Source of the DNA: Paraspadella gotoi | Taxonomy: Eukaryota > Animalia > Chaetognatha | NCBI GenBank assembly: GCA_051294375.1 | Contig: CM119267.1 | Location: 11,977,553-12,041,552 of the forward strand | Length of the DNA: 64,000 nt | Direction of reading: 5' to 3' | Part shown: positions 1 to 12,534 of the stretch, piece after piece | How the letters are laid out: every line of letters begins with the position of its first letter | How positions within the stretch are numbered: position 1 is the stretch's first letter | Position numbers and translations under genes: made by a program | The notes under the pieces: model-generated | Seen by the model: only the letters and a program-made list of their open reading frames with translations | The model's database searches: none | Told to the model about the DNA's origin: nothing

Positions 1-125
1 ATTAATGTTAGTCGTTTCCATCCATTGTGACGGATAATCTTTTTTCACATTGGACCTTGGTACTTTTGCCTTTTTAAATGTTTTTCATTCTTTCCGCTCA
101 GGATCAGTTCTACAAAGTCATTAAA

Positions 126-3100
126 ATGCATATTAAAGAGTTGCGTTTGAAAAACTTTCGATCATATGCCGAATGTCACATTCAGTTTTCACCCCACGTT
201 AATGGTATTTACGGCCTCAACGGTTCCGGGAAAAGCAACATTCTAAAGGCTATTGAATATGTGCTGTCTCACACCTATCTCCGCCCCCACAATTGCGAGT
301 ACCTTTATCGTGATGTGAGTTTCGTTCCGAGGAACTCTGGCAGTGTCCGACCGACTGGAACCGAGATCGTCGTCGTCGTCGACAACCACGATCGTAGAAT
401 CCCTGCTGATCAAGACGAGATCATCTTTAAACGGGAAATTCGTCTCAAGACCGATCAGTTTTACTTCAATGGCAAAAAGATTAACAAAAAAGAGATGGAA
501 GAGTTTTTAGAGACCTCGGGATTGAGCTGTATGAATCCTTACTACTTCGTTCATCAGGGCATGATTACTCAAATATCGGAGGCTTCGCCGATTGCTCGTC
601 ATCGGACATTGAAAGATATCGCCGGATTCTCTTATTATGAAGAGAAGCGGAAAAGCATGATGGTGGATCTCAATAACTGCGACAAAAAAATGCAAAATAT
701 TGATTTGCTGTTCGCAGAATACAAAAGGGAAATAGATAAAATGGGAGCCACAAACAAAGATTTTCTACAATTCAAAAAGCTGGAACGTGAAATTACCGTT
801 TGTCGCTATGGCATTGAAACTGTTAAGGCCCGTGCTTTTCAAAAGACGCTGGCGGCAGAAGAGGCCGAAATGTCTTCCCAGTTGCGTCCCGAAGTCGCAC
901 GAAGGGAAAACGAATTGCGTGAAATTGAGGCCCAGTTAGTGATATTGAACAAAAACGTGAATGATAAGTCGGTGGAATCAAGGAGATTGGAAACGCTTCT
1001 CTCGACCAAAAAGGATGAGAGAGACGAATTGGTTGCTCGATATTCCAAAAACGAGTGCCTTAAAATATCTTTAGAGAGCGAGTTAACCGATCTCAAGACC
1101 AACACCTTAGATGAATCGATGGCGCCTCGTCTAGAGGAAGAAATGAGAATTGCTGAAAGCGACAGAGATAAAGTCGCTATAGAGTTCAATGTAATGAAGG
1201 AGGAAGAGGTGAAGACAAAGAAAGAGTTGAATGGACTGAAAGCCCAGCAAGAGAGGATGATTAATCGGCAGGCGGCCGCCAAGGCTTTTAAAGGTGACAG
1301 GAAAAAAAGGGATAAGTTTCTTCGAGAGAAAATAAGAGATATAGACGCTATCAAGCGTACCTGCGAAGATAATATCGTCGAACACGAACAGATTATTGAA
1401 GAACAGGAAAAAAATTTGAGGAACAAAAGCGCACATTTACAAGATATTATAAAAGAAAAATCGATTCATAAAGAAAAATACGAAAAATTAAAAAAGTTGT
1501 TTGAAGATTGCAAAACACGATTGGTTAATGCGAAATCAAAAATTTTAGAGGCAACAAAGGAGACTTCTATGAAGGAAACCGAATACGATATAATTCAAAC
1601 AAATACGGTAAAATTCGAAAATAATCTTAAAATGCCATTCGCCGTAAAGATAGGTTTCAACAGTATAACTGTAATTATCGATTCTTTGAAGGAAGAAGCG
1701 GTTTCAGGTAGTCCGGATAAAGAAGCAGATGCGCAAACATTGCTGGATAATTATTATGGTTTACTCATCGATCATATTGTGCCTGTGAACGATTCATTCA
1801 TTGTTGCCGTGGAAGTGATTGCCGGAAACAAGTTGTGGCATTATGTGGTTGACAATTCGCTGGTGGCCACGGAGTTCTTAAAGCGTCAAAAGTCGATGAA
1901 ATTGCCTGGAGAAATAAATTTTATTTCAGTCAAAGAAGTCGCCGAATTCATTGAAAAAACACCCCCGATCAACCAAGAATGGATCCAGGGAAAATTACCG
2001 CAGCACTCGAACGCGATACAACCCGCTTTAAAATTAATCGAATCCAATACTATGGGGGTTCAAGCCGTTCTCGATTTCGTTTATGGTCAAAACCTTGTTT
2101 GTAAGAAAAACTCCGATGGCAACGAATTGAAAATTGCATGCGACGTTCGAGCTCGCGCTCGGAAACAGTGCGTCACTTTAGAAGGAGAGAAGATTGAAAA
2201 GAAAGGGGCCATGACGGGCGGGTTTCGCAATTTTAAGGAGTCAAAGATTCAAACTTGGCGAGAGTACCAAGAGCTGCGACATTTACGACGAAAGGCTGGA
2301 ACCGAGTTAAAAACCTGTAGGGAAGAGTTGGAAACTTTGCAGAACCATTTGTCCGCCGAGTCGCTTAAGTTAGAAAAGATAAAGCACACAATGGAGAGGC
2401 TGCGACTTGATTTGGAGTATTTGATTAGTACTGAGGTCGTGATCTTGCAAGAGATAAGTGCAACAAAAAATTCACTGGGCATTAGGAGAAAAGCCTTAGA
2501 AGAGGCAAAAGAAAACGGGGCTGACCTTAAAGACAAGATCTCCGTTTACGAAGATGAAATGAAGCAGGGAATCGCCTCGCAGTTGACAGACGATGAGGAA
2601 TTAGAGATGATCCGCTTAGTAAACAAGATTCAGCTTATTGAAGGCCCCTTACCTGAAGGTGCCATACCGCAAATGGTCGCCATAAACGAAAATCTCTTAA
2701 AAGTTGAGATGCAATTTAACCAGTTGGAAATATCTCTGACCAACAAACGACGAGATTTTGAAGCAGCCGTTAAAGATCAACAAGAGTTTTCGATTAACCA
2801 CGACCACATACAAAGACTCGAGGCTCGAGTCGCCAGTATTAGCGTAGAATTGAAAAAAGACAGAGAAGCCTTGTCTTTGGTCGAAAAGGAACTCGAGGAA
2901 AATGAAAAAAGGCAGGAATCTTTAAATCGTGAGCACGCGAAGTTGAGGGAAGAAGTTACCAACTTGGACAAGAGAGTTTTTGCCATGAACCAAGCCTTGA
3001 AGGAGGCGATCGACGCCTGCAAATCCTCATGTGTAAAATCGAAAGAAGCTGATAAGGCTTTGACGGAAGCACGGAAAAAAATGTCTCATTACGAGCTGCA

Positions 3101-4049
3101 ATTGAAACCAGCGGAGAAAAAGGTTCCTGAGGATGCTCGTGTTTGGAAGCTTGAAAAGCGCATCGTCGAACTGGCACAAAATCAAAACGAATTGTCCTAC
3201 GACCCAGTTGTCGCTTCGAGATTCAAAGAAGTTATGGAAGATTGGACAAAGTTGGAGAAGCAAAAGACAAAACTGAAAAATAGTCGACTATCTTGCGAGG
3301 ACCTGCTTTCGGTTAGTTTATCATTTTGTTGTTTATAAAATTTTTAAAACTTTTTCTGAATTTCGTTTAAATATCTTCAGCACATGGAGGAAAGGAAAAG
3401 CGCCGCGATACAAGACACGTTTGATCGCGTAGCAGCAGAATTCCAAGAAATCTTTGCAACTCTCGTGCCCGGAGGCAGCGGAAAATTCATCCAAATCCCG
3501 GACCCTCGGGTCTTAGTCGCTACCGAAGAAATCGATTCTACCGACTCGTCTTCTACCACGTCGACGCAAAAAAGATGGGGAGAGAATCGCTTCAACCTGG
3601 GCCTCGATATCGAGGCTACCTTTGACCAAGACTCCGTCCCAATGAAGTCTATTCAATCTCTCTCGGGTGGCCAAAAGTCTCTTGTGGCGCTGGCTTTCAT
3701 TTTCGCCATTCAAAGGGTCGACCCTTCACCCTTTTACATTCTCGACGAGGCCGACGCCCACATTGACGACAATTACAAAGTTCTCGTGGCCGACATGATT
3801 GAGCGTCTAAGCCAAGGAGAGGCAGGAAGCCAATTCATCATCACCGCTCACAAAAAGGGTTTGGTAGATAAGGCAGATATGATTTTGCGAGTCAAAATGG
3901 TTAACCACCAATCTAGAGTAGCCAAGTCGTCGTTAAAGGAAGCGCTACGTTACTTTGAAAAGAGGCAGGACAATTCGGCCTTTCCGGAGGTGGAATCTGC
4001 TTCAGTGTCGTCCTCCATGGCGGACGAAGAGGAGTACCGAGTTTCATAA
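126..4049 (+). CDS. SMC3: Structural maintenance of chromosomes 3 (cohesin subunit)-like, divergent; exons 126-3311 and 3381-4049 (~1284 aa)
   Basis: Walker A GLNGSGKSN, NPYYFVHQG Q-loop, coiled coils, hinge ending CVTLEG...GAMTGG, signature LSGGQKSLVALAFIFAIQ, Walker B PFYILDE. A 69-nt GT-AG intron (3312-3380) joins the two ORFs in frame. Confidence 0.88.
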
Positions 4050-4808
4050 ATTCATTTGTCGATTGTGTTAGAGACTAGCTTTAAAAAAGTTTTTACTTCT
4101 AAGTATATTTTCAGTTAAAATGTTTGTTGAGTCAGATGTTGGGTTAACAAGTTATTTAATATTTATTTTAAGTTTACGAACTTAATTTAGATTGATTATA
4201 AGCTCTGATGGACCATTGCTTAATATTGTTTTTTTTTTCTATTCACTTTTACTAGTTTTCTGTAACGAGTTTACTCTTTAATCTACAGGGAGGTCCAGCT
4301 CTTTTGAGACCGAATTTGAAAAATCGTTTGGATCAGTAAAAAAATGAAAAAATCGGATGAAAATTTATAAACTTTTAAAAACTTATAATGACTACTTAAT
4401 AAAGCGTAGCAAAAATGTTAAAATCAAAATTCGAATAGTAAAAAAAAATAATAATTTAAAAAATATTTTTTATTTGTTATTTATTATTTTATAACGAATT
4501 GTATTTGACAATTTATTAGTCAGACATATTTCGACATATTTCTTTACATTGGGCAATGTACATTGTCCAACAATGATATATGAAAATAAATTAGCAAACT
4601 TAAAAATTAAACTAATAATAACAGGATAAATTAGTTGAGTTTAAAGGTTGAAATTGAAATAGAAGAATAAGTGAGGAGGGATAGGTAAGTAAAGAGTTAG
4701 TGAAATTCAGTATAGAAAAGAGCTCAAAATGAGGCGATAGGATAGGGTCATTGGCTTGTCATAGGCTGAGAAGATATGATTGTATAGTGAGACAATTTAG
4801 GACAAGTA

Positions 4809-6743
4809 TGTCATCCTTCAGAATCGCCTCCCCCGGGGGCGCTGCTAGGGGCAGCTCCGCGGGGTGGCCCCGCGGGGCGGCCCGGGGGCAAGCAATCCTT
4901 ACTGCCTAGGGGCGGCCCCCTGTAGCCTCTTTTTTTGGGCCCCAAGGGCCACTCCAGGGGAATCCCCCAGGGGCTAGAAAAACCTTTCCCCTGGGGGCCA
5001 CCCCCGGGGGCATGAATTTGCCTGCCCCCTGGAACGGCTCTCTCTTCCTCCTATTCTTCTCTCCCTCTCCTCTCTTTCTCTCTCTCCCTCTCTCTCTCTT
5101 TCTCTATCTCTCTTTTCTTTTTTCATCTTTTATTAAAATAAAATATAAAAATAAAAATAATATTTTTCACTTCAATTAATACAATCAATGAACCAATAGC
5201 TGCTGCAACACCAATATGCAATATTTGGTAACATTGCATAATTTGTCAAATGACATAATTTGGTCAACTGATAAATTTGGTCAACTTTTAGAATTTGATA
5301 AACTTGCATAATTTGTAAACTTGCATAATTTGGTAAACTTGCATAATTTAGACAACTTGGATAATTTGGTCAACTTGCATAATTTGGTCAACAATCAACT
5401 TAACAATTAGCTAATTATTAATTTCATCTGTGAGAAATAGAAAGAAAGAAAGTGAGAAAATTTTTTTAATAAAATTCAAAGTAAATGTGACTTTTTGTTT
5501 TTTCCATTAAAACTCACTTTCACTTGCACACTTTTTTACCAACATACAAATTTTATCTTAATTCATCTATGAAATTTTAAATAGTAGAATAAAGAGTAGG
5601 ATGGTTTTTTATTTCACTTATAAAAAATAATTAATTAATTAATTAATTAATTAATTAATTATTAATATCAGTCTTTAAGTCTGTCCCACATTAGCATTAA
5701 ACTCAAATTATTCGTGATTAGATATATGGATTGGAATGAAATCTTGTGTGTGGGTAGAAAAGTGTGTGATTGAGCTAGATATAAAGTTTTGCTACTTCTC
5801 TCTCTCAAACCATCAGCTTTTCCTCAACAACGTGAGTTCATCAGAGGGATCTATAAACTGACAATTTTTAATTACAATCTTAAATGAAAAAAATTTATTT
5901 CACGATGTGGAACTCATTTAATGTTGATCATGAATTAAAAATCTTTATGAATATTTTTTTTTGGGGGGGACTCCATAAATTCACTAAATTATAATTTAAA
6001 AAATTATGTTTCTCTCTATCAGTCCATCAGTAAGTCCATCCAAAAAAAAAAAGGAAAAAAAAGGAAAAGAAAAAAAAAGACAGATGACTGATTAGCTTCT
6101 TACCTACAAATATTGTTGGGCCACGTCATACATTGTTTGCTCAAACTTGTTTCTATATCTTTTAATTGAAATAAAAATAATTAAGTTCAAAAAATATAAA
6201 TATTATAATTTTTAGATAAAATATGGAATAAACGAGTTAACAATAATTTTTAAAAAATGTATATTTTTTTTAGTTACATAAAACAAGTCTTGAAAGATAG
6301 AGAAGAAAGAAAAGATAGAGAGAGAGAAAGAAAGAGAGAAAGAAAGAAAAAGAAAAGAAAATAAAAAAAGAGAGAGAAGAAGAGAGAGAGAGAGAGAGAG
6401 AGAAAGATGAGAGAAAAAGAGAAAGAGAGAAAGAGAGAGTAACAGACAGGGAGAGATTCTCAGATACAATAACATTGTCAGAAAGTATATTTTTTTTATC
6501 TAAACTTTGCTCTCTCCTTAACTCGCCCCAGGGGGAGCACTTTTTTGCTCCCCATGGGGTTACCCCCAGGGGCAGACTTTTTTTGGCCCCAGGGGGCCGC
6601 CCAGGGGGGTTCCCCTGGGGCAAACATTTTGGGTCTATTAGGGGCACCCCCCTCAATAACCATTTTGCTGCTCCCCTGGAAATGTCTGCCCCCTGGGGCC
6701 GCCCCTAGAGCCACCCGCGGGGCGGAGGATTTGGGAGATGACA
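4809..6743. mobile_element. Non-autonomous DNA transposon (MITE-like) with TGTCATC...GATGACA ends and TA target duplication
   Basis: TA at 4807-4808 and 6744-6745. Imperfect inverted GC-rich subterminal blocks (4809-5035, 6520-6743), (CT)n at the left and (GA)n at the right, AT-rich interior, no transposase ORF. Confidence 0.7.
5220..5395. repeat. Minisatellite, ~18-bp unit AACTTGCATAATTTGGTC
   Basis: About 9 degenerate tandem copies visible inside the MITE. Confidence 0.8.
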
Positions 6744-6849
6744 TATCTCATTTAGGATCTGGTAAGGATCCTCCTGGGAAATTTCTTAGTGCCACTCGAA
6801 TATCTCTGATAGGCCTGCCAATGGCCCTCCTCCCACCAGGGGATTACTG

Positions 6850-7490
6850 AAGCTTTGGTGCGGGTGCTGGCAAAGCAGGGGATCTCCACTTCTGTGACGG
6901 CCCGTGGTTCTCTACATGAGCAATTGGTGAAACCGAAAGACAAAATCTCCAGAACGAAAACATCAGTAGCCGTCTATTGGGCGGCCTGCATACATAGGGG
7001 AGACAGAAAAATCTCTCTCAGATCGGTTCAAGCAACATACAAAACCATACCGTGCCTCACGTGGTCACTATCTGTCGACTATCTCAGAACACCGTTGCCT
7101 CTGGCCATCTGTTTAGAGAGACTGACTGTCTCGTGCTGTCCCATGACCAAAATTGGTTTTCAAGAGGTATTAGAGAGGCAATCTACATCAAAGCCCTCGA
7201 GCCCTCTCTGATCCGTGATGGAGGACGATTCGACCTCCCTCCAAGCTATGATTCGTTTATCAATATCTCTCTATTTCAAATCTCACCAAACTTACTTCTT
7301 CCCTGTCCTTTCCTTCACCTGTCCTCATATCTGACCACTGTCCTTTACTCAATTCTTTGTTGGAAACTCTCCATCTCTCTCTCTTTCTCTCTCTCTAACT
7401 TAATGTTAAAAAGAGAAAACTTATTAATTCTATTTACAGAGTCAAAACATGTCCGACTAATAAATTGTCAACTACAATTCGTTGTAAAAC
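6850..7490 (+). mobile_element. Degenerate Penelope-like retroelement 3' fragment (GIY-YIG endonuclease region plus pseudo-LTR)
   Basis: Frameshifted peptides SLHEQLVKPKDKI...VAVY and NWFSRGIREAIYIKALEPSLIRDGGRFDLPPSY resemble PLE C-termini. The tail at 7441-7487 is the reverse complement of 4491-4535 and is related to the hammerhead-bearing repeat near 30150. Confidence 0.75.
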
Positions 7491-8886
7491 AATTCAAAAC
7501 TGTAGATACGCATTGATTATGAATTATATTTTCTTTCATAAACTTTTTATTAGGAATTCAAAACTAAGAAAAAACTATTTTAAAAATTTGACATTTTCTA
7601 TAATGTAAATTATGTTTAAATATGGGTTAATTCAAAAATTAAGAAATTTTGTTAAAAATTTATATATCAATGTTCTTTAGTACAAGACTGTTCATGATCA
7701 ACTATTCGAATTTTGATATGCAACTTTCACTACGCCTTACTACCCAATCTATTAAAAAAAATCCTTTTCGGTGGGACATCTTGGTTCTCTCTCCTACGTT
7801 TTCATAAATCAAAAGAATTTCATTCAGAGCTCAGAGCTCGGCCAAATGATTTTCGGAAATATTTCGTTCAAATTAAATTATATAATCCAGTTGGTTCGCT
7901 TTTAAATTTTTTGGGGAGATACAAATATTTATTTATGTTAACAAAATATCATTTTGTATAATGTAGAAGCCAACTGAATAAGAAACTGTGAACGATTATT
8001 AATTAAAAGGAAGGAAACGAGAATAGTTAATCGTTTTGATTCCACCTTTCCTTCTTTATCTTTTTCTATTATATGTTGAAATCTGGCGGTCTTGAGGAGA
8101 AAGTTGAGCAGATCGGTGAGCTCAGCGAATGGCGGCCAGTTTGTTTATAGTATTACCATCTGCTCCCTCCTCATATAGGTGGATAAATTGCCGTGGTGAG
8201 CGAAAATATTTACTTAATGTTTAGACATTAGCTTATTTTTACATTCGCCGATCGGGATTTTGCGGTCGGTTATTTGTTTTTCGCTTCTTATGAGCAATGT
8301 TACGCGAAAAAAAAGGACACTGGTACGGGTAGAAAAATTTTTATTATAAATTTCATTTCGAAAACTCCTCTAACCCTAACTTCCCCTAAACCCTAACTAC
8401 CCATAACACAACTGCTAACCGTTTAAAAAATATAGTATAACAATAAGAGAGTCAAAAGTTTTTGCTGTAACTTTTGTCTCTCTTAAACTTAATACAAACA
8501 ACAAAAAGAAAGGTTAAACACACAAAGTATAAAAATAGCAATTATAATAAATTTAAAACAATTATTCAAACAAATAATACGAAAATATATTTTTCAACTA
8601 ACGAAAAATGAAGAAATGAAAAAATGAAAAAAAACATTTTGTGCTGTAAGCAGTTGAAGTTAGTCCAATTAGGGCTGGACCTCCCTGTATATGGAGAACA
8701 TTTTTGTTTTATTGGGCACCTATGCTGTTTGGTTTTTATTTAGTTTTCATCGTGTTTTCTTTCAGTTTTTGAGGACGCTCCCCTCCTGGGACAGCTTCAA
8801 TGGCTTTTATGAATTGCGGAATAACCGTTCTTTACTGTTAAAGAACCCTTGTCCCAATCTCGGTTATCCCGCGGACAGGGTGAACG

Positions 8887-11800
8887 ATGACGCAGCGCAC
8901 CACATGGGGTGCGGTTAACAACTCTTTGTCGGATTGTCTCTCCGACGACGGCGGCGATGGCTGTGGCGGCGGACAGGAAGCGCGGCGTTTGTCGCTTATC
9001 GCTGCCAACTCTAAACGGGCGAATATGGAAGAAGTTCCGTTATCGTCATCCCTTCCATCTTCCCCTCCGTCGGCGGCCAATAACGCCTTCGTCGACAGAT
9101 CTCCATTGGCCAATCAGTTGACGGCCATGAGATTAAAACTGGTGCGTTTTAAAAAAGTTTGCTTAATGAAAATTTGCAAATTACTTACTTACTTTTATAT
9201 TTTTATATTTTATGAAAGATTTAGTATTTAATCTATATTATTTAAGCAAATATATAATGCTTTCTTTCTTAAAAAAATTTTTACAATTAAATATTTTTTT
9301 TGTATAGGAGGAAAAAAGAAAATCCATCGAAAAGGATAAGGTAATATTCATCAAACGTCAAAAGTCCGACTTTGAAAAAGCAATGGTAGACTTTGTTCCT
9401 AACATTTTTTTTTTTTTTTTTTGAAAATTAAATAATTGTGGTATTTTTGTAACTTATTGCTTTTCTTTCTTTGACAGTCACGTCTCGAATCAAAGTGGAC
9501 GAAGGAGCGGCAACGCGTTGGCAAGGCGGCATTTCTCAAAGTGGTCGGTGCCTCGTCCAAACCCGGAGAGAGGGCCTTTCCAAATTCTACCTCTCCTAAT
9601 CAAGATGCCATTGTAGAGGAAAAAGAATCTCCCGTCAAAACGCCGGATATTTCCCTCGTTGCCGGGGAAAAAGATTCCTCTCCGCGCGTGAAGGGAGCGT
9701 TGGAAGAGTTGCCGCCGGCTCCGTCAAAAATTGTGCGAAACAGGACTTACACGGAGGAAGAAATCAAGGGAACGCTTGAGGAACTTCGTCAAAAATGGTT
9801 CGAGGAAGATCGCGTCGAAATGACTCGAAAAACTTCTTCCTCGAGAGGATCGAGCGGTCGTTCTTCTCCGCTTCACGCTATTCAGCGGGACGAACACGCA
9901 GTCGCTGGTGGACGTAACAGTGAAGACAACACAGTCATCCGCGGGGAAGAAGCAGGACGGAATCGGACCGACAGTGTTGGATCTGCCCGTCGAGACGAAG
10001 CTTCTCGGTCCGGGAGCGTCGGAACTTCCTCACCTTCCCCGTCGCCGTCTGGCGAGTATCACCACAATATCGAGCAATTGAACGCCAGTCTCGTGGGACT
10101 CGAGGCCGAGATCCAAAGACTAAAGCTGCAACAGGCGCAGCTCAAAGCTCACCAGCAACAGTTTAACTTCCCACATCAGGCTGTCCACTCTCAAGACGGT
10201 GGAATGTTGGATTATTATGGACATCGTTCCAGCCCTTATGCGCAACAACAAATGGTGCCACCGCACAAATTGCCTCCGCAACATCATCCTCCGCATATGC
10301 CTATGCCTCATCAGAGTCACCTTCAGGGTTCTCATTTCGGTGGTCCCCAGTATTCTCATCATTATCCCGCATACGCTACTGGAGGTTATGTTCCTGGTAT
10401 CGCCACTCCACCTCAACATTACGGTAGCCTAACTTCTGTTTCCGCCGGCAGGGACTCACCTGGGCCACAAGGATACCCCCCACAAGGTCCCAGCGTGCCT
10501 TCAAACCCGTACGGCTCCCAAACGTTGCCAATGCATCCACAAATGTACCCGCTCGCCAACGCACCACCTGATCCTCGATTTCAAGCCCAGCATCTTTACC
10601 AGAATCATCCCGACCATTCTCCCTATATTCCGCATGTGCATCATCAGCAGCAGCAGCAACATATACAAAGTCAGCAGCGAGATCTCAACTCCGAGGATTA
10701 TGGAGATTTTCGGGATTCCAACCAAGAATACCGGCAGCAAAACGACTTAAGGCGGGCTGTTTCTCCCGCCGAACCCCAAATTATGACTGTATCTCACGAC
10801 TCGAATCAAACCAACTTGTACCCATCGATGGCTTCATCCCTCAAATCTGAGGACCTCCAAATAGAACAATATTCACAAGACGGTGCCTCAGATCATGAAG
10901 TCTTTGGTTCCGGTGAGCAGAATCTTCCGGTCGGCGAAGACGCATTTCCCGAGAACGAACCAACCGCGTTTTCCGTTTTACCCGCGTCCCCAAGAGAAGC
11001 CTTTGCTGCGGCATCCCCTCGACCCCACGAAGACGACGCGCTGCCCGATGCCGGACGGTTTTTGACTATAGAAGACGGTGCCGTGGAAACGAACGGCACA
11101 AAGAGTGACCAGTTTTTCGTGGATTTTGGCGACGGGAAGAGTGAAGCGTCGAAAGAAGGATTTCGACTGCCACCGTCTCTGCGTCGTGCGAAAAAGACGA
11201 AAGAAACTGCAGCGATAGAGCCGATGAAGGGCGGCGGAAAGGCTAAGGCGGCGCCGGTCGTCGCTCGCGTTGTGCCCGTTTCGCAGGTCGACCGGGAAGG
11301 CCATCAAGCCGCGCTGAGCCTTGATTCGAGCGACGGCCATCCTGAACCCTCAATTTCGACGGATGTGCAGGAAACGTTCCGAGGGCCGTCGTCGAATTTC
11401 GAATCCGTTTCGATTGCTACTCCACTTCCGACCCCATCGCTTTCTGCGCCTAAGCCCGGAACTTTGATTATCGTCGCTGGCGGCCGAGAAGAGGCAGAGG
11501 AGAGACAATCTCCCGATTCAGCAGTGCCTGTCACAGGTGGATCGCCCATGTTTAGCGTGGATAGCGCCAAACTTTCCGACATGGAAAAAAAAAAACAGGA
11601 GATGATTATGAAGCAATTGAAGCGACGCGAGGCTCAAGAACTGAAGCGCATCAAGCGAGAAGCGGAAGCTGCCGAAAAGCGACAGGAAGAGGCTCGCAAA
11701 ATGGAAGAGGTCGAAGCTAAAAAAGCCGCTGAAAAGGCCAAAAAAGAGGCCATCTTTCAAGAATATCTCAAGCGAAAAAAGGAGAAGGAGTTGGAAGAGG

Positions 11801-12534
11801 CGGGGGGCGCGCCGGCTGCCCCCTCGCGAAAGCCGCCTCCTCGATCGGCGGGTCCGAAGAAGAAAAAGTCGACTGGATCTGGCGCTTTCTCGTCGCCTGT
11901 CAGAGGAGCGTCGCCGGCGAGAAGGGTTCAATTTTATGCGAAATCCGGAGTAGACGATGAGAATGGTGATACGGACATGACCTCCTCTTACCCGCCACCC
12001 ACCGGGGGTTCGCCTACGCACCTCGCGTCCAAGGGCAAGGCGTCTTCGACGCTTTGCCAGCAACCGGGCGACCAGGAAATCCCTAATCAGAACGAGTACA
12101 CCGGTCCGAAGCTTTTCGTGCAACCCAGCGGAAAGACAAATAAGCAAATAATCGTCAACGCTGTGAAAACTGTTTGTCTTGCTGGTTCCGTCAACGCTGA
12201 CTTGAAAAAAAAAGTATTGGACGAACTGGAAAAGTCAGAGGGGAAACACTTTCTCATCTTATTCAGGGACGCTGGTTGTCAGTATCGGGGCGTTTTCGAG
12301 TTTGATCCTGAGTCAGAGAGAGTTGAAAAACTTTGTGGGAATGGTCCCAAAAGTATTTCCAACGAGATGTTGGACAAGGTGTTTAAGTACAGTAGCGGCC
12401 AAAAGAAATTTACCAGCATCTACGCTAAGCAATTTTCCGTCTCTATTGATGCGTTTACCATTAAAGATCACCTATGGCAATCGGCAAAATCGAAAACGGG
12501 TCCGAGACCTAGACCTCTTACAGTCTACAATTAA
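8887..12534 (+). CDS. CAMSAP: CAMSAP/Patronin microtubule minus-end binding protein; exons 8887-9141, 9308-9340, 9478-12534 (~1114 aa)
   Basis: CC1 motif MRLKLEEKRKSIE...RQRVGKAAFLKVV assembled across exons, further coiled coils, C-terminal CKK domain (YTGPKLFVQPSGKTNKQII...HFLILFRDAGCQYRG...KYSSGQKKF). Confidence 0.9.

Noticed and set aside
78-125. Upstream ATG extending SMC3 by 16 aa (likewise the ORF-track starts for CECR2 exon 2 and NUP50)
   Set aside because: SMC homology begins at MHIK (126). The extensions run through pyrimidine tracts and acceptor sites.
6212-6850. Several short ORFs rich in Leu/Ser/Phe or Pro/Gly
   Set aside because: They are translations of the (GA)n microsatellite and GC-rich MITE subterminal repeats.
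8369-8403. CTAACCCTAA telomere-like motifs
   Set aside because: Only a few degenerate units at an interstitial site; too short to call a telomeric array.
8770-8886. Possible stop-codon reassignment extending CAMSAP upstream
   Set aside because: TAA, TAG and TGA all terminate other genes here, and both TGA and TAA interrupt this frame.
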